From: Chthoniobacteraceae bacterium
GTDB lineage: Bacteria > Verrucomicrobiota > Verrucomicrobiia > Chthoniobacterales > Chthoniobacteraceae
Reading direction: 5' to 3'
Length of the DNA: 11,152 nt
Assembly: GCA_031409335.1 (NCBI GenBank)
Contig: JANNWY010000080.1
Coordinates: 1 to 11,152 of the forward strand
Of this stretch, positions 7,047 to 11,152 are shown in pieces (position 1 is the stretch's first letter; each line of letters begins with the position of its first letter). Both the position numbers and the translations under genes were made by a program. Below the pieces are notes generated by a model that made no database searches, was not told the origin of the DNA, and was given only the letters and a program-made list of their open reading frames with translations.

Positions 7047-7829
7047 CTAGACACCTCCTGGAAAGATCATGTTGAGCGCGAAGCTCAGGAAAAAATTGCT
7101 GATGAGAATCGCGAGGGATGAGATCACCACAGCCTCCGTCGGCGCACGACCCACACCCACCGCGCCGTTCTTCGTGTTCAAGCCCTGATGACACGCGATG
7201 AAGCCAATGAGCACCGCGAAAAAGAAACCCTTTGTGAGCGCCATGATGATGTCCGAGCTGTCGGTGTAGAGCACCGTCTGATGCTGGTAATACGCGGCCG
7301 ATACACCGGGCATATTGGTCCCCACGAAATGGCTCGCGAGCAGCGCGAGGGCCACGCTTTCCCCGACCAGCAGCGGCATCGAAATCATCAGCGCCAGCAC
7401 GCGCGGCACGACGAGGTAGTCGATCGGATACACGCCGAGCGCGCGGAGCGCGTCGATCTGCTCGGTCACTTTCATCGTCCCGATCTCCGCCGCGATCGCC
7501 GCGCCGACCCGGCCCGAAACCATGAGCCCGGTGAGCACCGGTCCGAGTTCCCGAAACATCGACACCGACACCACCGCGCCCACCGCCGAATCCATCCCGA
7601 GGCGGTGAAATTGGAAATACGTTTGCGCCGCCATCACCGCGCCCGTGAAGCCGCCTGTGACAGCGACGACGAGCTGCGATCGAAAGCCGATCTCGACGAC
7701 CTGCCGCAGCAGCAGCCGCCAGCGGATCGGCGCGACGAACATGGCCTTCACCGTCTCGGCAAAAAGCAGCGCGAGTTCGCCGAGGTAATGAATGAAGGAC
7801 AGTGCAAGGCGTCCGATGGTGCTGAACAT
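7047..7829 (-). CDS. mlaE: MlaE-family ABC transporter permease (260 aa)
   Basis: It carries the signature RELGPVLTGLMVSGRVGAAIAAEIGTMKVTEQIDALRALG...YLVVPR and GAVGVGRAPTEAVV. The start is placed at ATG 7829 (MFSTIG). The longer track ORF is only antisense to lspA. Confidence 0.95.
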   Translation of the reverse strand: MFSTIGRLALSFIHYLGELALLFAETVKAMFVAPIRWRLLLRQVVEIGFRSQLVVAVTGGFTGAVMAAQTYFQFHRLGMDSAVGAVVSVSMFRELGPVLTGLMVSGRVGAAIAAEIGTMKVTEQIDALRALGVYPIDYLVVPRVLALMISMPLLVGESVALALLASHFVGTNMPGVSAAYYQHQTVLYTDSSDIIMALTKGFFFAVLIGFIACHQGLNTKNGAVGVGRAPTEAVVISSLAILISNFFLSFALNMIFPGGV

Positions 7830-7840
7830 GCGAGAGCGGG

Positions 7841-7869
7841 ACGGTAGGTTTGCGCGCGCGAATTGTCCA
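7841..7869 (-). promoter_or_regulatory. Putative promoter of mlaEFD with a very short leader
   Basis: On the minus strand, TGGACA-N17-TACCGT is followed by 11 nt to the ATG. Confidence 0.45.
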
Positions 7870-7886
7870 CGCGCGAGCGGCGGCGC

Positions 7887-7915
7887 TTGGCAGCGCGCGT
7901 TCGTGGGGCTAACGG
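7887..7915 (+). promoter_or_regulatory. Putative promoter of lspA, possibly leaderless
   Basis: TTGGCA-N17-TAACGG, followed by 7 nt to ATG 7923, with no Shine-Dalgarno motif. Confidence 0.35.
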
Positions 7916-7922
7916 TGCGCCG

Positions 7923-8405
7923 ATGAAATTCCTGCTCGCGCTCGCGCTCCCCATCTACGCCCTCGATCAGGCGACGAAGTGGTGGATCCTCGGCAAGTCG
8001 GAAGGAGTCATCGGCTGGCAGGAGAGCGTCATCCCGGATTTCTTCGACCTCTGCTATCTCGCGAATACCGGCGCGGCCTTCAGCATGTTTCACGGGAATA
8101 ACACACCCTTCATCTTCATCGCCCTCGTCGCCCTCGTCGCGATCGTGATCGCGACGTTGCGAAATGTTTTCCCCGATCGCCCGAGTAAAATCGGCGTCGG
8201 CCTGCTCGTCGGCGGCATCCTCGGGAATGTGACGGACCGCCTGATCCACGGACACGTCGTGGATTTCCTGCTCGTCGATTTGCACGTGCGCTTTGCCGAT
8301 CCGTGGCCTGCGTTCAACGTCGCCGACAGCGCGATTTGCATCGCCGTCGGCGCCTTCATCCTCGCGAGTTTCCTCGCTCCGAAAACGACGGCACCGATCG
8401 CTTAG
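7923..8405 (+). CDS. lspA: Lipoprotein signal peptidase (signal peptidase II), 160 aa
   Basis: Motifs DQATK, NTGAAFSM, GGILGNVTDR, GHVVDF and WPAFNVADSAI include both catalytic Asp motifs. The start is ATG 7923. Confidence 0.96.
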   Translation: MKFLLALALPIYALDQATKWWILGKSEGVIGWQESVIPDFFDLCYLANTGAAFSMFHGNNTPFIFIALVALVAIVIATLRNVFPDRPSKIGVGLLVGGILGNVTDRLIHGHVVDFLLVDLHVRFADPWPAFNVADSAICIAVGAFILASFLAPKTTAPIA

Positions 8406-8434
8406 CCGACGCTCAAAACGCCTTTGAGCATAGC

Positions 8435-8564
8435 GACTGGACCTCGACCTCGCACCGGCGGAGTCCGCCCGGCAACCGCCAGCATGTGGGAGTGTGGTGC
8501 GACCGCATCGACGCTGACTCAATGCTGCTCGCGATTCACATCGGCAGCGAGTGCAAAGTCCGTC
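8435..8564. repeat. 130-bp imperfect inverted repeat between the convergent lspA and purN genes
   Basis: Nested arms are centred on GACC (8501-8504): GGTGC/GCATC, AGTGT/ACGCT, TGGG/CTCA, CAGCAT/ATGCTG, GAGTC/GATTC, CCG/CGG, CTCGC/GCGAG, GGAC/GTCC and GAC/GTC. Confidence 0.6.
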
Positions 8565-9155
8565 TTAATTCCGTGAGGAACGCGGCAAAGGAGCGAGCCG
8601 GGCCAGCACTTCGGGATAGAGATCGTGCTCGGCGACTTGGATGCGGGCGTGGAGCGTCTCAGCAGTGTCGCTTTCCAAAATGGGGACGACGCGCTGGGCA
8701 ATGATTTCGCCGGTGTCCATGCCGGCATCGACGTAGTGGACGGTGCAGCCGGTTTCCTTCGCGCCCGCGACGAGGGCTTGTCGCCAGGCTGCGAGGCCGG
8801 GGAAATTTGGGAGGAGCGATGGGTGGATGTTGATGATGCGACGCGGGAAGGCTTCGAGCAGCGGGGCTTTGATCATCCGCATGTAGCCGGCGAGGACGAC
8901 CCACTCGACGCCCGCACTTTTTAGCAAAGCGACGAGGCGCTGCTCTGCTTCGGGTTCGAGCTTCGTTTTGAATTTTCCCGGCGCGAGAAACTCGGCGCGG
9001 TAGCCACGCTCACGAGCGAGGGCAAGGATGCCCGCGTTTTCCACGTCGCTAATGACGATGCGGACTTCCGCGGCGAGTTTTCCCCCCGCGATGGCATCGG
9101 CGATGGCGCGGAAGTTCGAGCCTTTGCCGGAACCGAGGATGCCGAGCTTTAGCAT
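8565..9155 (-). CDS. purN: Phosphoribosylglycinamide formyltransferase (196 aa)
   Basis: Motifs SGKGSNFRAI, VVLAGYMRMI, INIHPSLLPNFPG and TGCTVHYVDAGMDTGEIIAQ are present. The start is placed at ATG 9155, overlapping the end of the upstream gene by 7 nt. Confidence 0.96.
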   Translation of the reverse strand: MLKLGILGSGKGSNFRAIADAIAGGKLAAEVRIVISDVENAGILALARERGYRAEFLAPGKFKTKLEPEAEQRLVALLKSAGVEWVVLAGYMRMIKAPLLEAFPRRIINIHPSLLPNFPGLAAWRQALVAGAKETGCTVHYVDAGMDTGEIIAQRVVPILESDTAETLHARIQVAEHDLYPEVLARLAPLPRSSRN

Positions 9156-9628
9156 TTCGATTTCGCGATGGTCGCGGTCGTGGATTTTCCCGGCACCAGC
9201 GGCAGGATGCGAATCTCGGCTCCCGCCTCTTCGAGCGCGGCGCGTTCGCCGGGGTCGAGTGATTCGACCGTGTAATCGCCGCCCTTCGCGTAAATGTGCG
9301 GGCGCACGGCGCGGATAACTTCGGTGACGCGCGGCGTGTGGAAAATGGTGACGAAATCCACGCACGCGAGCGCGGCGAGGACTTCGGCGCGATCCTCCGC
9401 GGCATTGATCGGGCGCGTCGGACCTTTCAGCGCGCGCACGCTTTCATCGCCATTCACCGCCACGAGCAACGCATCGCCGAGCACGCGCGCTTCCTGCAAA
9501 TAGCGCACGTGGCCGACGTGCAGCAGGTCGAAGCAGCCATTGGTGAAAACGAGCCGCCGCCCCTGGGCGTCGAGCGCGGCGCGGACGGCGGCGAGTTCAG
9601 CGATGGAATGGATTTTCGACTCGGGCAT
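9149..9628 (-). CDS. rfaE2: D-glycero-beta-D-manno-heptose 1-phosphate adenylyltransferase (stand-alone RfaE domain II / HldC type), 159 aa
   Basis: Motifs VFTNGCFDLLHVGHVRYL (HxGH), VAVN.D.SVRALKGPTRPIN, VDFVTIF, KGGDY and GKSTT are present. GGAGG lies 12 nt upstream. Confidence 0.9.
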   Translation of the reverse strand: MPESKIHSIAELAAVRAALDAQGRRLVFTNGCFDLLHVGHVRYLQEARVLGDALLVAVNGDESVRALKGPTRPINAAEDRAEVLAALACVDFVTIFHTPRVTEVIRAVRPHIYAKGGDYTVESLDPGERAALEEAGAEIRILPLVPGKSTTATIAKSKC

Positions 9629-9680
9629 GGCCTAGCAATTCCTCCGCGGCCGGGGGCGCGAGCGCGAGCGGAAAGTTTGT

Positions 9681-9708
9681 TTGGAATTCACAGAGGGGTC
9701 GCTAACTT
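9681..9708 (+). promoter_or_regulatory. Putative promoter of the aminopeptidase gene with a very short leader
   Basis: TTGGAA-N16-TAACTT, followed by 9 nt to ATG 9718. Confidence 0.4.
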
Positions 9709-9717
9709 CCGCGCACC

Positions 9718-10833
9718 ATGAACGATCCCCGCTACGATCAAGTCGCCAGTTTGCTCACCCGTTTTTCCGTAAAGCTGAAGAGGGGCGAGACGGTGTTGAT
9801 CGATGCTTTCGACATTCCGGATGAAATGACAATCGCGGTCGTGCGCGCGACGCGGGCGCTCGGGGCGGTGCCGCTGGTGCAGGTGCATCATGCGCGGATT
9901 TCGCGGGAACTTTCGCGCGAAGCGCAGGAGGAAGGTTTTGACATCCACTCGGCGGTGCAGCTCGCGCAGATGAAGAAGATGGACGCTTACATCGCCTTCC
10001 GCGGCGGGGAGAACATGACGGAGATGTCGGACGTGCCGCCGGAAAAAATGAAGATGGTTTCCAAGAAGATGAAGCCGGTGCTGGACTGGCGTGTGAAGCG
10101 GACGAAGTGGTGCGTGCTGCGCTGGCCGTCGCCTTCGATGGCGCAGGCGGCGGGGATGAGCACGGAGGCGTTTGAGGATTTTTACTTCCGCGTCTGCACG
10201 CTGGATTACGCAAAGATGCAACCCGGCATGAAGGCGCTGGCCGAGGCGATGGAGGCGACGGATCTGGTGGAGATCAAGGGGCCGGGGACGGATCTGCGTT
10301 TCAGCATCAAGGGCATCCGCGCGATCCCGTGCGGGGGGGAGCACAACATTCCCGATGGCGAAGTGTTCACGGCGCCGGTGAAGCATTCGGTGCAGGGCGT
10401 GATTTCCTACAATGCACCGACGGTTTATCAAGGAACGGCGTTCGACAATGTGCGGCTGGAATTCAAGGACGGGAAGATCGTGAAGGCGACGGCGAATAAC
10501 ACCGAGAAGCTGAACGCGATCCTCGATAGCGATGCGGGGGCGCGCTACGTCGGGGAGTTTGCGATCGGCTTTAATCCGCACGTCATGCAGCCGATGCGGG
10601 ACATTCTTTTCGACGAAAAAATCTCGGGCTCATTCCACTTCACACCGGGCCAGTGCTACGAGCAGACCGAGAACGGGAACCGCTCGCAGGTCCACTGGGA
10701 TCTCGTGTGCATCCAGCGGGCGGACTGGGGCGGGGGAGAGATTTGGTTCGACGGGAAACTGATCCGCAAGGACGGCCTCTTCGTCCCGAAAGCTTTGCAG
10801 GCGCTGAACCCGGATCAGCTTTTGAAGAAGTAG
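9718..10833 (+). CDS. Aminopeptidase, peptidase M29 family (AmpS/PepS/AmpT-like), 371 aa
   Basis: Motifs [35 protein letters not shown] and [10 protein letters not shown] are present, along with an N-terminal MNDPR...A..L..FSV pattern. Confidence 0.93.
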   Translation: MNDPRYDQVASLLTRFSVKLKRGETVLIDAFDIPDEMTIAVVRATRALGAVPLVQVHHARISRELSREAQEEGFDIHSAVQLAQMKKMDAYIAFRGGENMTEMSDVPPEKMKMVSKKMKPVLDWRVKRTKWCVLRWPSPSMAQAAGMSTEAFEDFYFRVCTLDYAKMQPGMKALAEAMEATDLVEIKGPGTDLRFSIKGIRAIPCGGEHNIPDGEVFTAPVKHSVQGVISYNAPTVYQGTAFDNVRLEFKDGKIVKATANNTEKLNAILDSDAGARYVGEFAIGFNPHVMQPMRDILFDEKISGSFHFTPGQCYEQTENGNRSQVHWDLVCIQRADWGGGEIWFDGKLIRKDGLFVPKALQALNPDQLLKK

Positions 10834-10844
10834 GCCGCGGGCCG

Positions 10845-11152
10845 CTATTGCGGCGCTTCCTGTGGCGGGGCGACCGGTGTCGGTTCTTTCGGAAGCTCGG
10901 TTTCCTTCTCATCCGGGGCCTTGTCGGCGCGCTGCCAGCCTTCCTGCGCGGCGAGCTGTTCGCCGAGTTCCAGCGGCCACTGCGGGTTTTTGAAAAAGTC
11001 CGGCAGCTCGACCTTGAGTTCATTGGTGCGGCCTACGAATACTTCATTCTGCGGTGAACCTTTTTCGAAGACCGCAGGGTAGCGCTTCTTCAGTTCCAGT
11101 TCGGCGAGCTTCATGATCTGTTCCGGGGTTTCCTGCGACTGGCCGGTGAAGG
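10845..11152 (-). CDS. Hypothetical protein, C-terminal part (the start probably lies beyond the window)
   Basis: The frame stays open to the right edge (FTGQSQETPEQIMKLAELELKKRYPAVFEKGSPQNEVFV...PDFFKNPQWPLELG). It has host-like codons and a P/E-rich tail, and stops 11 nt from the convergent aminopeptidase stop. Confidence 0.75.
   Translation of the reverse strand, partial: FTGQSQETPEQIMKLAELELKKRYPAVFEKGSPQNEVFVGRTNELKVELPDFFKNPQWPLELGEQLAAQEGWQRADKAPDEKETELPKEPTPVAPPQEAPQ

Noticed and set aside
8424..8510. SAM-I/IV-like words (GACTGG, CCGGCAACC, GGTGC)
   Set aside because: There is no P1 (ATC...GAT) and no downstream gene on that strand. The bases are better explained by the long inverted repeat.
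7830..8522. 231-aa N-terminal extension of MlaE in the ORF track
   Set aside because: It is the antisense shadow of lspA. MlaE similarity starts at ATG 7829, which has its own promoter-like motif.
8400..8580. Integron attC site
   Set aside because: No RYYYAAC/GTTRRRY boxes flank the palindrome, and the neighbouring genes are core genes.
9156..9365. N-terminal extension of PurN
   Set aside because: It is an Arg-rich alternative frame within rfaE2. PurN homology begins at MLKLGILGSG.
315..11057. Many long overlapping or antisense ORFs (e.g. 1703..2368, 4196..4999, 6366..7121, 7188..7847, 9688..10581)
   Set aside because: These are shadow frames expected in high-GC coding DNA. They show no family motifs and each overlaps a confidently identified gene.

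Overview
This is GC-rich bacterial DNA, probably Verrucomicrobia (Chthoniobacterales-like). That assignment is inferred from the PEP-CTERM gene, the minimal mlaEFD set and starts that mostly lack Shine-Dalgarno motifs. From about 1.7 kb onward it is mostly housekeeping: ahcY with terminator, a PEP-CTERM protein, aroB, mlaE-mlaF-mlaD, lspA, rfaE2-purN, an M29 aminopeptidase and a partial hypothetical gene. The first ~1.6 kb is accessory. It holds the N-terminus of an IS1182-type transposase missed by the ORF track, abutting a 5'-truncated SF2 (DECH) helicase. An 18-bp copy of a tmRNA/tRNA-Ala 3' end follows and looks like the right attachment site of a genomic island. After that come a small orphan, possibly RelE-like, ORF and a ~200-nt segment that folds by hand into a long G·U-rich rod containing a CRISPR-repeat-like hairpin. 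The ahcY promoter overlaps a 32-bp palindrome with two nested ATC-N10-GAT boxes, resembling SahR/SamR operators. A second long imperfect inverted repeat lies between lspA and purN. All folds and motif calls were made by eye, without computation or database searches.
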